Sequence record: OP557969.1
Strand: one strand, 5' to 3'
Origin: Escherichia phage ph0011
Length of the DNA stretch: 64,000 nucleotides
The notes below the pieces were generated by a model, which saw only the letters and a program-made list of their open reading frames with translations, ran no database searches and was not told the DNA's origin. Position 1 is the stretch's first letter; the number at the start of each line of letters is the position of its first letter. Below, in pieces: positions 1 through 13,392 of this stretch. The position numbers and the translations under genes were made by a program.

Positions 1-3278
<3,278 letters not shown>

Positions 3279-3366
3279 GTAAACCGTCAAAGGAACAATG
3301 AAGTTTCTAAGACAATTGAAGCCAATTAACAAATAACAAAGAAACCCAAAATCAAGGAAGAAATAT

Positions 3367-4425
3367 ATGAAATCTCTAGCTGAAATTCGTGCACACCTAA
3401 AAGCAGAACAAGAAAAAGCAGAAGCACAAAAGAATGGTACATTCACTGGTGAGCGTAAAGCTGATTCGTTTCTAGCTTTCTGGAACGTACCTTACAATGA
3501 ACCACTAAATCTACGTTTTCTACCAGATGCTGATGAGTCCAACCCATTCTTCTGGCGTGAACGTGACATGATTAACCTAACATTCAATGGTGTAGTCGGT
3601 ATGCACACTGATAAAGTAACCGTACAAGTACCTTGTAATGAAATGTGGGTTCCTAAATCTTGTCCGGTACTGAAAGAAGTACGTCAATGGTTCCAAAGTG
3701 CGAATGAAACAGGGAATGAAGAACTAAAAGCAATGGCAGGTCGTTACTGGAAGAAAAAAACCTATCTAATGCAATGCTTTATTGCACCAGATAGTGTTGC
3801 AGTAAAAGACGACATTGCACCAGAAAATCCAATTCGCCGTATTCTAGCTAACAAAGATATCTTTGATAAAGTTAAATCTATCCTACTAAACCCAGGTATC
3901 AAAGAATCCCCAACTCACTACGTTCAAGGTCGTGATTTTGGTATTGTTAAAACTAAGAACGGTGGTGGATATAATAGCTACGACATGTCACAATTCTCCA
4001 TGTCAGAACGTCCACTAAACGAAGAAGAACTAGCAGCAATCGAAAAATATGGTCTATTCAATCTAAATGATTTTATGCCAAAACAACCAACTCCAGAAGA
4101 GTTGAAAGCAATCGAAGAAATGTTCGAAGCATCAGTAAATGGTGAAGCATATGATCCAGCACGTTGGGCATTTGCATATCGTCCAGCGGGTGTACCAAAG
4201 CCTAACACTGGAACTACCACTGTCACTGAATCAAAACCAACTCCTGCTCCAGTACAACAAGAGTCAACACCTGCACCAGTAGCACCTACTGCTCCAGTTA
4301 CACCAGCACCACAAGCTGCTCCTGTAACCCCAGTAGCTACACCAGCAGCATCTACGACTGAAGCACCAAAAGAACAACTATCTGCATCTGCACTAGTTGC
4401 TCGTTTGAAACAACAAGGTAAGTAA
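3367..4425 (+). CDS. 32: Single-stranded DNA-binding protein (T4 gp32-like)
   Basis: RFLP motif and Cys pair (VPCNEMWVPKSCP) resembling the gp32 zinc-binding core; Pro/Ala/Thr/Val-rich repetitive C-terminal region. Confidence 0.65.
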   Translation: MKSLAEIRAHLKAEQEKAEAQKNGTFTGERKADSFLAFWNVPYNEPLNLRFLPDADESNPFFWRERDMINLTFNGVVGMHTDKVTVQVPCNEMWVPKSCPVLKEVRQWFQSANETGNEELKAMAGRYWKKKTYLMQCFIAPDSVAVKDDIAPENPIRRILANKDIFDKVKSILLNPGIKESPTHYVQGRDFGIVKTKNGGGYNSYDMSQFSMSERPLNEEELAAIEKYGLFNLNDFMPKQPTPEELKAIEEMFEASVNGEAYDPARWAFAYRPAGVPKPNTGTTTVTESKPTPAPVQQESTPAPVAPTAPVTPAPQAAPVTPVATPAASTTEAPKEQLSASALVARLKQQGK

Positions 4426-4442
4426 TAGTTTTTTGAAAAGTT

Positions 4443-4470
4443 AAGGGGCAACGGAGTTTGCCCCGTTTTA
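4443..4470 (+). terminator. Rho-independent terminator-like hairpin
   Basis: ggggcaa / ttgcccc stem with 6-nt loop, followed by gtttta ttt. Confidence 0.55.
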
Positions 4471-4495
4471 TTTCATAAAATTCAAGGAGAGAATT

Positions 4496-5614
4496 ATGAA
4501 AATGACAAGTGGTTTTGCAAACATTCTTAAAAACAGTACTGGTAGTGTTAAAAAGAATACTGGTGTTAGTGTTGGATTTCATGATCCAGATACATGGGTT
4601 AGTACTGGTAACTATGCACTAAATTACCGTATTAGTGGTTATTTTGACCGTGGTATCCCACTGGGTAAAGTAACTATGTTTGCTGGTGAATCAGGTAGTG
4701 GTAAATCTTTTATTGTATCCGGTAACATCGCACGTGAAGCTCAACAACAAGGTATTTTTGTTGTAATGATTGACACAGAGAATGCTTTGGATTCAGATTG
4801 GCTACAAGCTCTTGGTGTTGACACTTCTGAAGAAAAACTTCTTAAAGTTAATATGGGTATGATTGGTGATGTAGCCAAATTCACTTATGAATTTATTGAA
4901 GGATATCGCAAAGAGTACGAAAATACACCTAAAGATGAACGCCAAAAAGTATTGTTCATTATCGATTCGATTGGTATGCTTAATACTGAAGTATCTAATG
5001 ATCAAATGAAAGCTGGTAATCTTAAAGGTGATATGGGTCATAAACCTAAGCAGCTAAAAGCATATATTACTAACTGTGTGAATTCTATTGGTTCACTAAA
5101 TATCGGAATGGTTTGTGTGAACCATTCGTATGAATCACAGGATATGTTTAATCCAGATCCTAAAGTGTCTGGTGGTAGTGGTTTGATTTATGCATCATCA
5201 ATGGTGATTGCAATGGGTAAACTAAAACTAAAAGAAGATGAGGATGGTAATAAAACATCCGATGTGAGTGGTATTCGCTCCAAATGTAAAGTTATGAAAA
5301 CTCGTTATAATAAACCATTCGAGGAAGTTGAGATTAAGATTCCTTGGGATAAAGGTATGGACCCACGTAGTGGTCTACTAGATATGTTTGAAAAATACGG
5401 TCTAATCACTAAATCAGGTAACCGTCTATTGTATGTTGATATTGTAACTGGCGAACAGATTCTAAAATATCGCAAAGAGTGGATGCGTAATGAAGATTCA
5501 TGTCTTGATTTGGTAATGCATCAATTTAAAAATCATCCTTTGATTGAAGAAGTTAAAGAAGAAGAAAAAGGTGATGAAACTTTTGGTACTGATGTTGATA
5601 TTAGTGAGGAATAA
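4496..5614 (+). CDS. uvsX: UvsX recombinase (RecA-like)
   Basis: Walker A GESGSGKS, Walker B-like VLFIIDSIG, and C-terminal SGLLDM block matching T4 UvsX. Confidence 0.8.
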   Translation: MKMTSGFANILKNSTGSVKKNTGVSVGFHDPDTWVSTGNYALNYRISGYFDRGIPLGKVTMFAGESGSGKSFIVSGNIAREAQQQGIFVVMIDTENALDSDWLQALGVDTSEEKLLKVNMGMIGDVAKFTYEFIEGYRKEYENTPKDERQKVLFIIDSIGMLNTEVSNDQMKAGNLKGDMGHKPKQLKAYITNCVNSIGSLNIGMVCVNHSYESQDMFNPDPKVSGGSGLIYASSMVIAMGKLKLKEDEDGNKTSDVSGIRSKCKVMKTRYNKPFEEVEIKIPWDKGMDPRSGLLDMFEKYGLITKSGNRLLYVDIVTGEQILKYRKEWMRNEDSCLDLVMHQFKNHPLIEEVKEEEKGDETFGTDVDISEE

Positions 5615-6075
5615 TGAAACCTTGGCATTGGATTATCAAAGATGATAAATCTAAAATTATTGAAATGATTGAGTTCTTTAACAAAGAAATTGAAGAGGCT
5701 CGTCGTGAAGTAAAGAAGATTGGCATCATTGAAAAAATTGCTCAAGAGATTCCTGGCTGGCATGAGACGCGTCTAAGCCAGCTTCAAGAACTTGAAGCAG
5801 TATTGGAAATGTTAGAAATTGAAATGCGTCAGATACAAGCCGAGAAGTTCAAATACTTTCTCGAAGGATACCGCCGTGCACTATCTTCATCTGACTGTAA
5901 AAAGTATGTTGAAGGTGATAAAGATGTTTGTGAGTTAGCAGAACTTATAAACGAGGTATCTTATATAAGAAATACATATTCCAGTATTGTTAAATCCTTA
6001 GAGATGAAAGCTTTTCAGTTAAACAATATTGTGAGACTACGTGCCGCTGGTATCGAGGATGCACGTTTAGAATAA
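5614..6075 (+). CDS. Hypothetical coiled-coil protein (153 aa); possible recombination mediator by position only
   Basis: Start overlaps the uvsX stop (TAATG); no motif recognised. Confidence 0.5.
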   Translation: MKPWHWIIKDDKSKIIEMIEFFNKEIEEARREVKKIGIIEKIAQEIPGWHETRLSQLQELEAVLEMLEIEMRQIQAEKFKYFLEGYRRALSSSDCKKYVEGDKDVCELAELINEVSYIRNTYSSIVKSLEMKAFQLNNIVRLRAAGIEDARLE

Positions 6076-6083
6076 TTATCATT

Positions 6084-6108
6084 AAGGACGCATATCGCGT
6101 CCTTTTTC
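6084..6108 (+). terminator. Rho-independent terminator
   Basis: aggacgc / gcgtcct stem followed by ttttt. Confidence 0.6.
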
Positions 6109-6125
6109 TATGTGAGATTAAAAAA

Positions 6126-6944
6126 ATGACAAAATTAAATGAATTCTTATCAAATATAGCAGTTCTTGATACTGAAACCACTGGCGTTGAAAGTGATGAT
6201 GATATTATTGAATTTAGTATCTCATATCCATATACTTCACATGAAAACATTGATACTATTGATAACTATACATTGCGATATAAACCACTGAAAGATATTC
6301 CACCAGAAGCATCGGCTGTTCACTTTATCAGTACTGAGGATGTAGCTAATTGTGTTGGGTATAAAGATGATTTAGATAACATAGATGCACTTATGGGATG
6401 CCGTAAGTATTTTGTTGGTCATAATGTACAATTTGACCGTAGAATGATGGTAGATAATGAATATAAATATCGTAACTCAGTTTCACAGTACTTACTCGAT
6501 GAAGATAAATGGATTTGTACTCTTCGTTTGGCTAAGAAAATGTTTGCAGAAGATACCGAATATAAAAACTTAACTCTAAGTTATTTGTGGTATAAGTTTG
6601 GATGCCATCGAGATGTTCACAGACCTATTAATGCTCACGCGGCAAAAGATGATGTATTCATGTGTTATCAGGTTCTAATCAAATTGGTTGAAATTGCCAT
6701 CGAACGTGGTCATATTGATTCCAATGGGGATATTGGTGAACAAATAGTAGCTTTTTGTAACACCCCAATGCGTTATCAATTCATGCCATTTGGTAAACAT
6801 AAAGGTGAGCCAATGAATACAGTACCATTGAATTACATTGAATGGATGATCACTAATAGTGACATTTTAGATGCAAGTAACCCTAACTGTGATAAAGATT
6901 TAGTATATACATTTGAGTACGAATATAATACTCGAACTAATTAA
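6126..6944 (+). CDS. DnaQ-like 3'-5' exonuclease (DEDDh family) with C-terminal extension
   Basis: Exo I LDTETTG, Exo II HNVQFD, Exo III HAAKDD. Confidence 0.6.
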   Translation: MTKLNEFLSNIAVLDTETTGVESDDDIIEFSISYPYTSHENIDTIDNYTLRYKPLKDIPPEASAVHFISTEDVANCVGYKDDLDNIDALMGCRKYFVGHNVQFDRRMMVDNEYKYRNSVSQYLLDEDKWICTLRLAKKMFAEDTEYKNLTLSYLWYKFGCHRDVHRPINAHAAKDDVFMCYQVLIKLVEIAIERGHIDSNGDIGEQIVAFCNTPMRYQFMPFGKHKGEPMNTVPLNYIEWMITNSDILDASNPNCDKDLVYTFEYEYNTRTN

Positions 6945-6959
6945 CAAAGGTAATCATGG

Positions 6960-9539
6960 ATGAAAATTTGTAAGTTAACTTTATTGGATGAGGTGAATTG
7001 TAAATTTGAGGGACTAGATCCCTCAATTCGACAAAAGATGATTCGTGCAACTGAATATGTGCTACCATATGCAAAGTTTACACCAGCAGGTCGTATTGGG
7101 CGTTGGGATGGTAAAGTACAATTCATGAACTTAGGTGGAAGCACATACTTTCATATGCTTGATAAACTTTTACCTATTCTTGACGAAGCTAATATTGATA
7201 TTGAATTAGAAGATCATAGACTAAATTACGGTTTCGAATTTGAACCAATTGATGAAAATATTTTTAGCGATGTTGTTTTTGGTCCTGGACACCACATGGA
7301 AGGTAAAAGTATTATCCTACGTGAACATCAGGTAAATGCAGTAAATTCGTGTTTAGCTAACCCACATGGGTTGGTTCTGGCAGCAACTGGTGCAGGAAAA
7401 GCCCAGCCACTTGATGAACCAGTTCTTACCATTAATGGATGGAAACGAATGGGTGACATAAAAGTTGGCGATATAGTAAAATGTCCTGATGGAACAAATG
7501 CTCCCGTCCTTGGTGTATATCCACAGGGAATTAAACCAACAGTACGAATGACATTCTCGGATGGACGAAGTGTCGAATGTTGTGATGAACATTTATGGAA
7601 TATATATAGTATTGCTGGTGAAAAAAACCCTGAAAAACGATGGAGAAACCTTTCTGTTAAAGAAATCATTGAATTACAAAATAAACAAAAACGTCCAGTA
7701 TATATTAAAACAATCACTGGTGATATTTTTGAAGAAAAAGAATTACCAATACATCCATATATTTTAGGTGTATTACTCGGTGATGGATGTTTAAGAAATG
7801 GTAATATAATGTTATCAAGTTCAGATGAATTTGTTATTGATAAGGTATCTTCATTATTACCTGATGGTTATATTATCAAGAAAAAACAATCATCAAAATA
7901 TGATTATAGTATTGTCATGGATGATACAAAAAAGAAAGAATATTTATGTAAAAATAATAAAGAAAGATATAACGAACTTAGGGTTATTTTGGAAGAACTT
8001 GGAATTTATAATAAGTATTCATATGAAAAGTTTATCCCTGAAATTTACAAAATGTCATCAATTGAACAACGTCTGCAACTCATTCAAGGATTAATTGACA
8101 CGGATGGTTATGTTGATAAAAGATTAAAAAACGGAAAGTCCCGAAATGTGGTGGAATTTTGTAGTACATCAGAAAAATTGGTTGATGATTTGAAAGATAT
8201 AATGAATAGTTTAGGTGGTTACGGTATTAAAAAATCTAAACAAACTTATTATACCTATGCAGGGGTAAAACAAAAAGGTCGCCCAAGTTTTAAAATGAGA
8301 ATTGATTATAATAATCTTAATGCCTTGGCTAGTTTACCTCGCAAAAAAGACTTTTTATATTCAGAAAGAAATCGTGTTGAAAATAAACTAAAAATTGAAA
8401 AAATTGAATATATTGAAGATAAAGAATGTCAATGTATCTATATTGATCATCCAGAACATCTATATATTACCAGAGATTATATCGTAACACACAATACAAT
8501 TATTTGTGCTGCTTTGGCGAAATCGGTACAAAAATATGGACGTTCTGTTATCATTGTCCCCAGCACTGACCTAGTACAACAAACATATGATGATTACATT
8601 ATGTGTGGATTAGATGCTGGTATGTTCTATGGTGCACAGAAAGATTTTGGTCATCAACATACTATTACTACTTGGCAATCATTTAACTCTCTATGGAAGA
8701 AAACCAAAAAAGGTGAAATTGAATTAACAGAACAAGACGTAAATGATTTTATTGATGGGGTAGTTTGTGTTATAGTTGATGAGTGTCAAGGTGCTGGTGG
8801 TGATGCATTAGTTCAAGTACTATCTAAAGTTATGAACAACGTACCATTGCGTTGGGGTCTTACTGGTACAATTCCGAAAGATCCGGTTGTTGCAGCGAAA
8901 ATCAAATGTAATGTTGGTGATGTTATATATAAAATCACTGCAAAGGAATTACAAGATAAAAAGATACTAAGTACATGTAATGTGAATTGCATTAAACTAA
9001 AAAGTAGTATGAAGTTTGCATCATATGCTGAAGAGTTGAAATACTTAGTAACTGACAGAGATAGAATGGCATATGTAGCGTCATTGATATCTGCGTTATC
9101 TGAATCAGGAAACACTTTAGTTTTAGTAGATAGACTTGAAGCAGGTGAGTTGCTATGTGAATTTTTAGGCATTCCCAAATCAGAATTCGTTCGTGGAGAA
9201 ACTAAAAAGAAAGATCGAGAATCATCTTATGGTGAAATTCGTTGGGCTGATAATAAAATACTTATTGCGACATACGGCGTTGCCAGTACTGGTATCAGTA
9301 TTTCAAGGCTATACAATGTAGTATTGATTGAACCTGGAAAAAGTTTCGTAAGAACTATACAATCAATCGGACGTGGATTACGCCGTGCTGAAGACAAAGA
9401 CCATGTTGAAATATATGACATTAGTGGTTCTAATAAGTATAGTGCAAAGCATTTACGTGAGCGTCTCGCTTACTATAAGGAAGCACAATATCCTCATACA
9501 GTAATAGACGTTAAAGATTGGGAAAACACAGCGGGATAA
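6960..9539 (+). CDS. uvsW: UvsW-like SF2 helicase interrupted by an in-frame intein
   Basis: Extein motifs: Walker A ATGAGK|T split by the intein, DECQ box, GLTGT, QSIGRGLRR (motif VI). Confidence 0.7.
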   Translation: MKICKLTLLDEVNCKFEGLDPSIRQKMIRATEYVLPYAKFTPAGRIGRWDGKVQFMNLGGSTYFHMLDKLLPILDEANIDIELEDHRLNYGFEFEPIDENIFSDVVFGPGHHMEGKSIILREHQVNAVNSCLANPHGLVLAATGAGKAQPLDEPVLTINGWKRMGDIKVGDIVKCPDGTNAPVLGVYPQGIKPTVRMTFSDGRSVECCDEHLWNIYSIAGEKNPEKRWRNLSVKEIIELQNKQKRPVYIKTITGDIFEEKELPIHPYILGVLLGDGCLRNGNIMLSSSDEFVIDKVSSLLPDGYIIKKKQSSKYDYSIVMDDTKKKEYLCKNNKERYNELRVILEELGIYNKYSYEKFIPEIYKMSSIEQRLQLIQGLIDTDGYVDKRLKNGKSRNVVEFCSTSEKLVDDLKDIMNSLGGYGIKKSKQTYYTYAGVKQKGRPSFKMRIDYNNLNALASLPRKKDFLYSERNRVENKLKIEKIEYIEDKECQCIYIDHPEHLYITRDYIVTHNTIICAALAKSVQKYGRSVIIVPSTDLVQQTYDDYIMCGLDAGMFYGAQKDFGHQHTITTWQSFNSLWKKTKKGEIELTEQDVNDFIDGVVCVIVDECQGAGGDALVQVLSKVMNNVPLRWGLTGTIPKDPVVAAKIKCNVGDVIYKITAKELQDKKILSTCNVNCIKLKSSMKFASYAEELKYLVTDRDRMAYVASLISALSESGNTLVLVDRLEAGELLCEFLGIPKSEFVRGETKKKDRESSYGEIRWADNKILIATYGVASTGISISRLYNVVLIEPGKSFVRTIQSIGRGLRRAEDKDHVEIYDISGSNKYSAKHLRERLAYYKEAQYPHTVIDVKDWENTAG
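7401..8495 (+). mobile_element. Intein (365 aa) with LAGLIDADG homing-endonuclease domain inside the helicase P-loop
   Basis: Begins right after GAGK; LAGLIDADG-like LLGDGCL and LIDTDGYVD; ends IVTHN (N at 8493-8495) followed by extein T; length is a multiple of 3. Confidence 0.75.
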
Positions 9540-9552
9540 TCCCGCTGTTTAT
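9528..9552 (+). terminator. Terminator hairpin overlapping the uvsW stop codon
   Basis: acagcggga-taa-tcccgctgt; the stop codon lies in the loop; followed by ttatg. Confidence 0.55.
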
Positions 9553-9567
9553 GATATAATATGACAT

Positions 9568-10020
9568 ATGACAACAACAAGGATGTATAATAAAATGGAA
9601 TTAAGATCTAGTATTGCTTTTATCTGTGACCAAGAAACGTTAGATGTTATTGATGTATTGTTGAATGATGATGGTATCATGGATGATATGGTGTCTTCTC
9701 TTGACTATATCCCTGAACTAGAAACTGATGATACTAATGTATGGAGGTGTAACATTGATAGTGATTCTTGGATTAATATCTATGAATTGCAATCACGAAT
9801 TGATTCTAAAGTCGAATCATTAAAATATGATATAATCTATGCCAGTACTGACACGAAAACTTTCATCGATGTTGTAAGTCTAAGTGGTAATTTTGATTCA
9901 TATCTGGATACTGATGTTGATAAAATTCAAGAGATGTGTGAAACTTATGGACTTGAATTTTATGGACAAGAAGAACTGGATGATGAAGATTATTATGATG
10001 ATGAAGATTCGCAGTATTAA
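9568..10020 (+). CDS. Hypothetical highly acidic protein (150 aa)
   Basis: ORF with D/E-rich composition and C-terminal DDEDYYDDEDSQY. Confidence 0.55.
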   Translation: MTTTRMYNKMELRSSIAFICDQETLDVIDVLLNDDGIMDDMVSSLDYIPELETDDTNVWRCNIDSDSWINIYELQSRIDSKVESLKYDIIYASTDTKTFIDVVSLSGNFDSYLDTDVDKIQEMCETYGLEFYGQEELDDEDYYDDEDSQY

Positions 10021-10029
10021 GGAGATAAC

Positions 10030-10527
10030 ATGAACGTACTAACACCCGAAAATGTTTCGTTTGATATGGATTTAGTGACAGAACATATCCCCGAAGAAAT
10101 GTATTGTGTTTTGGACCTAAGTCCCAATGGTGAATCTGATTTTTATTTTAGACATATTTTAAACACGGTGTCATTTAATAGTATCAGTGCTGACCTCCAG
10201 ATTGGTGAAAAAGTTATTCAAGTCCCGTTAGGTTGGCAAATTATGTTAGGTGATGAAGATACTGGTATGGTTGAGATGTGTACAATTGAAAACATTCTTA
10301 ACATGAAAGAACCAAAAGCTTTTGTTTACAATCCTATCCGTTCAATGTATCCTAAGTTTGAACCAGTAAAAGTTCTACGTGTATTTGCATTAACTACAAA
10401 GTGGCAAATTCCAATGTTACCTAAGAAGAATTTATTATGTGTACCATTGAATGGTGGTGAAAATCCACCATGTGTGTACTTTGCTGATGAAAATGAAAAA
10501 ATTCAAGATTTATATCTAGGAGTATAA
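10030..10527 (+). CDS. Hypothetical protein (165 aa)
   Basis: ORF; GGAGA RBS upstream. Confidence 0.55.
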   Translation: MNVLTPENVSFDMDLVTEHIPEEMYCVLDLSPNGESDFYFRHILNTVSFNSISADLQIGEKVIQVPLGWQIMLGDEDTGMVEMCTIENILNMKEPKAFVYNPIRSMYPKFEPVKVLRVFALTTKWQIPMLPKKNLLCVPLNGGENPPCVYFADENEKIQDLYLGV

Positions 10528-10531
10528 AATA

Positions 10532-11377
10532 GTGTTTGATTTCAGTGATATTAAAAATAAGTCAGTCGATGATGATAATAAACCAACCCAGCATTCTTTT
10601 TCTATTGCTGAATTTCTAAAACACATTGACCGTGCAGATTATAAGTTCTATAATGAACTGACGGAAAAAGAACAAAAAGAGTTTACGCCATATACTGTAT
10701 TACGTTGGGTAAGCTCTTTGGATGATTCACTACAAGTCACATATCCCAGTAGTAAAGTTGAAAGTGTATTTGGTAAATGGAAAGCTGGTGGTAAAGAAGC
10801 ACTAACTGAACTAGTAACTGAATTAAAGGCTTCTGGGACTAAGGTTTCATCAGTGACGAAGTACTGTCATGGTGATTATGATTGGCGTATTAAATTTGCA
10901 GTCCAATCAAAAGATGATGCACATAAATTAATATCATCAATGATGGAATTTGGTGTCTCTGGTTCTGAAATTATTTCATTAGTAGATACTGAAGTAGTGA
11001 AATACCAACTTATTATGCTAAATGATATGGTTAATGATGGTTTCTGGGATATGAAAGAACATCCAGAATTAGTATATCAGCTTATGTGTTCTGTACATGA
11101 TATGATTGGTGCACAAGAAATGCCACGTAATTGGTTGAATTTTTCTAAAAATTTCAAAAAGGCAAATAATGAATTATTTGATTTGATTAAAAATTCACAG
11201 CCTGATACTATCGCTACTCAAATGAATGAAGATGAGTACAAGATTGTTTTATTACAGTATGATAAAAAAACATTTGAAACATTTCTTGACAATAATGGTT
11301 TTCAAGATAATGAAAAGAAATCTATGATGAAATTATTTAAAGAAGAATGTAAAAAATATGGCAAAGAAATCAAATAA
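10532..11377 (+). CDS. Hypothetical protein (281 aa)
   Basis: ORF; GTG start in track, true start uncertain. Confidence 0.5.
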   Translation: MFDFSDIKNKSVDDDNKPTQHSFSIAEFLKHIDRADYKFYNELTEKEQKEFTPYTVLRWVSSLDDSLQVTYPSSKVESVFGKWKAGGKEALTELVTELKASGTKVSSVTKYCHGDYDWRIKFAVQSKDDAHKLISSMMEFGVSGSEIISLVDTEVVKYQLIMLNDMVNDGFWDMKEHPELVYQLMCSVHDMIGAQEMPRNWLNFSKNFKKANNELFDLIKNSQPDTIATQMNEDEYKIVLLQYDKKTFETFLDNNGFQDNEKKSMMKLFKEECKKYGKEIK

Positions 11378-12068
11378 ACAAGTATATACGTGTAAATTTT
11401 GTGATCGTGAATTTAAGCGAGAAGAAACAGTACAGACACATAAATGCATAAAACGTGACAGATACGAAAATAGACAAAGCCGCCAGATGATGGAGGCGTT
11501 TCGTATCTATATGCAATTTATGGAATTGAACAAATTTACATTTAAAAAAGGCGTAGAGCCTTTTATTGCTTTTATAAAGTCAAAGTACTTTAACGATTTT
11601 TATAGTTTTGCTGAATACTATTTGAATAATAGAGATATTATTAATGTTGACGAGTTTGTAAAGTACTTAATTATTAATAACAGACCAATTACAGAATGGA
11701 GTACTTACAAAGCAAAAGATGAATGGATATTAAAAACGATTCGTTCTGAGCATCCAAAAGAAGCGATTGCAAGAAGTGTGATATCGTTGGTTGAATGGGC
11801 TGAAAAATTGAATGTACAATGGAATACTTTCTTTGAAAATGTGAGTTCTGCCCGTGCAATTGCATGGATTGAGAGTGGGAAAATATCACCATGGATCATT
11901 TGGTTATCTCCAAAACAAAGTACTAATACATTTTTTAAAAAGCTATCAAACTCAGAAATTGAATACATACTTAAATACATTGATCCAAGTTATTTTGAAA
12001 TTAAAACGATCAAATATAAAACGGATTGCGATGAAATTAAGAGTATGCTACGTGAGGCAGGATTATGA
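11358..12068 (+). CDS. Hypothetical protein with N-terminal zinc-finger-like motif
   Basis: YTCKFCDREFKREETVQTHKC (C-x2-C-x12-H-x-C pattern). Confidence 0.5.
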   Translation: MAKKSNKQVYTCKFCDREFKREETVQTHKCIKRDRYENRQSRQMMEAFRIYMQFMELNKFTFKKGVEPFIAFIKSKYFNDFYSFAEYYLNNRDIINVDEFVKYLIINNRPITEWSTYKAKDEWILKTIRSEHPKEAIARSVISLVEWAEKLNVQWNTFFENVSSARAIAWIESGKISPWIIWLSPKQSTNTFFKKLSNSEIEYILKYIDPSYFEIKTIKYKTDCDEIKSMLREAGL

Positions 12069-12394
12069 ATGGAAAAAGTATATATAATAAAATACCAGAA
12101 GGGTATGTACCTGTACCAAAAGAACAAAAAACAAAACAAATATCTCTTCTTAGACAAGGATCTATTACTGAAATAACTTTGGATGGTAAAACATTTCAAG
12201 TTCATGATCCCGCTCGTGTTGAAAAAATAATTTCTTTAGTAGAACGACATGAAGAACGTTTTTTTAGTTTAAGTCAGGAGTTAGCAAAGACGAAACAAAA
12301 TTATAAAATATTAGAGAATCAAATAACCACCTTGACTAATACCGTTAAACAGTTACAGGAGCAAGTAAAAAATGCAGGATTCGACAGATTCTAA
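12065..12394 (+). CDS. Hypothetical protein (109 aa)
   Basis: ORF overlapping the upstream stop. Confidence 0.5.
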   Translation: MNGKSIYNKIPEGYVPVPKEQKTKQISLLRQGSITEITLDGKTFQVHDPARVEKIISLVERHEERFFSLSQELAKTKQNYKILENQITTLTNTVKQLQEQVKNAGFDRF

Positions 12395-13010
12395 ACATTA
12401 CAGAAAAGCCAGAACTGATATTGATATTGACTTCAAGGATAGTAAAAGCGTCATCGCTAAACTTCCATGCGTGCGAAGTACTGAGAAAATTACTGAGGAT
12501 GGTTTAATCCCACACAATAGTGGTGTTCATTTTGATAATATACCAATTGACCCAATCACTGGATTGGCGAGTATACAATATAAAGAAGCTGAAAGGTTAG
12601 GGTATCAAAAAGTTGATATTCTTTCACAGTCAGCTTACATGTATGTTCGCGATAGAGAGCATTTAAAAGAACTAATGAATCAGGAACCGAATTGGGATCT
12701 TTTACTAGAACCCGAAATTGTAGAGCATCTTTCGCAAATTAAAAAACACGTAACTTTATTAAATGTATGGAAGCCTAAATCAATTGACGAACTTGCAATG
12801 TTTATTGCTATGATTCGACCAGGAAAAAGGCAGTGCCAAAGTATGAACACATGGGACGAAGTAAAAGCCACCATATGGGATTATAGTACTATTGGCACTG
12901 ACCAATCAGGAAATAAATTGCGATATTTCAAAAAGCCACATGCTTATGCATATAGCTTAATGATTGTAGTCCAACTAAATGCTTTAGTTGAACACCTTAC
13001 TTCTTCTTAA
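12372..13010 (+). CDS. Hypothetical protein (212 aa)
   Basis: ORF; no confident motif. Confidence 0.5.
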   Translation: MQDSTDSKHYRKARTDIDIDFKDSKSVIAKLPCVRSTEKITEDGLIPHNSGVHFDNIPIDPITGLASIQYKEAERLGYQKVDILSQSAYMYVRDREHLKELMNQEPNWDLLLEPEIVEHLSQIKKHVTLLNVWKPKSIDELAMFIAMIRPGKRQCQSMNTWDEVKATIWDYSTIGTDQSGNKLRYFKKPHAYAYSLMIVVQLNALVEHLTSS

Positions 13011-13350
13011 GTGCCACATTACGACGCTTGATGCGTTTCTGTGGTAAATTGCTTAAAGAAACTTCTGGACCACATACGAAATTCACCGATGGTGTATCAA
13101 ATCTATGTGTATACGGTTCAAATTTCTCCATCTCTTCTTGAAAGAATAGACACACTGGAATGGTTCTATTGCTTTGCCACCACCAATCGTGTGCTATACC
13201 TAACAATTCGTCTTGCATTGACTCATTCATGTCATCGAAACAGTACATAGTAGTATACTGTTTACTTTTGATTTTGATGATACCAATGAACGTTTTACCA
13301 TCATACTGGATTACAGTAATAAATGGTGGAATAGTGTTATATTGATTCAT
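12997..13350 (-). CDS. Hypothetical protein on minus strand (117 aa) with basic C-terminus
   Basis: Longest ORF in a 330-nt gap between plus-strand genes; converges on the upstream plus gene. Confidence 0.4.
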   Translation of the reverse strand: MNQYNTIPPFITVIQYDGKTFIGIIKIKSKQYTTMYCFDDMNESMQDELLGIAHDWWWQSNRTIPVCLFFQEEMEKFEPYTHRFDTPSVNFVCGPEVSLSNLPQKRIKRRNVALKKK

Positions 13351-13392
13351 ATTAGTTCCATAAATATTAGTATAAATTTATACCTATTATTT

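Noticed and set aside
3978-4451. 157-aa minus-strand ORF rich in Gly/Ala/Thr
   Set aside because: It is the antisense reading of the SSB Pro/Ala/Thr-rich repeat; repeat regions produce open frames on both strands.
7328-8094. Several short ORFs on both strands inside the UvsW intein
   Set aside because: They lie within the in-frame intein and are explained by AT-rich composition; the long frame is continuous through the region.
12372-13010. Possible DnaE-like fragment (VDILSQS ... AMIRPG)
   Set aside because: Only two short motif-like strings in a 212-aa protein; too weak to call without a profile search.
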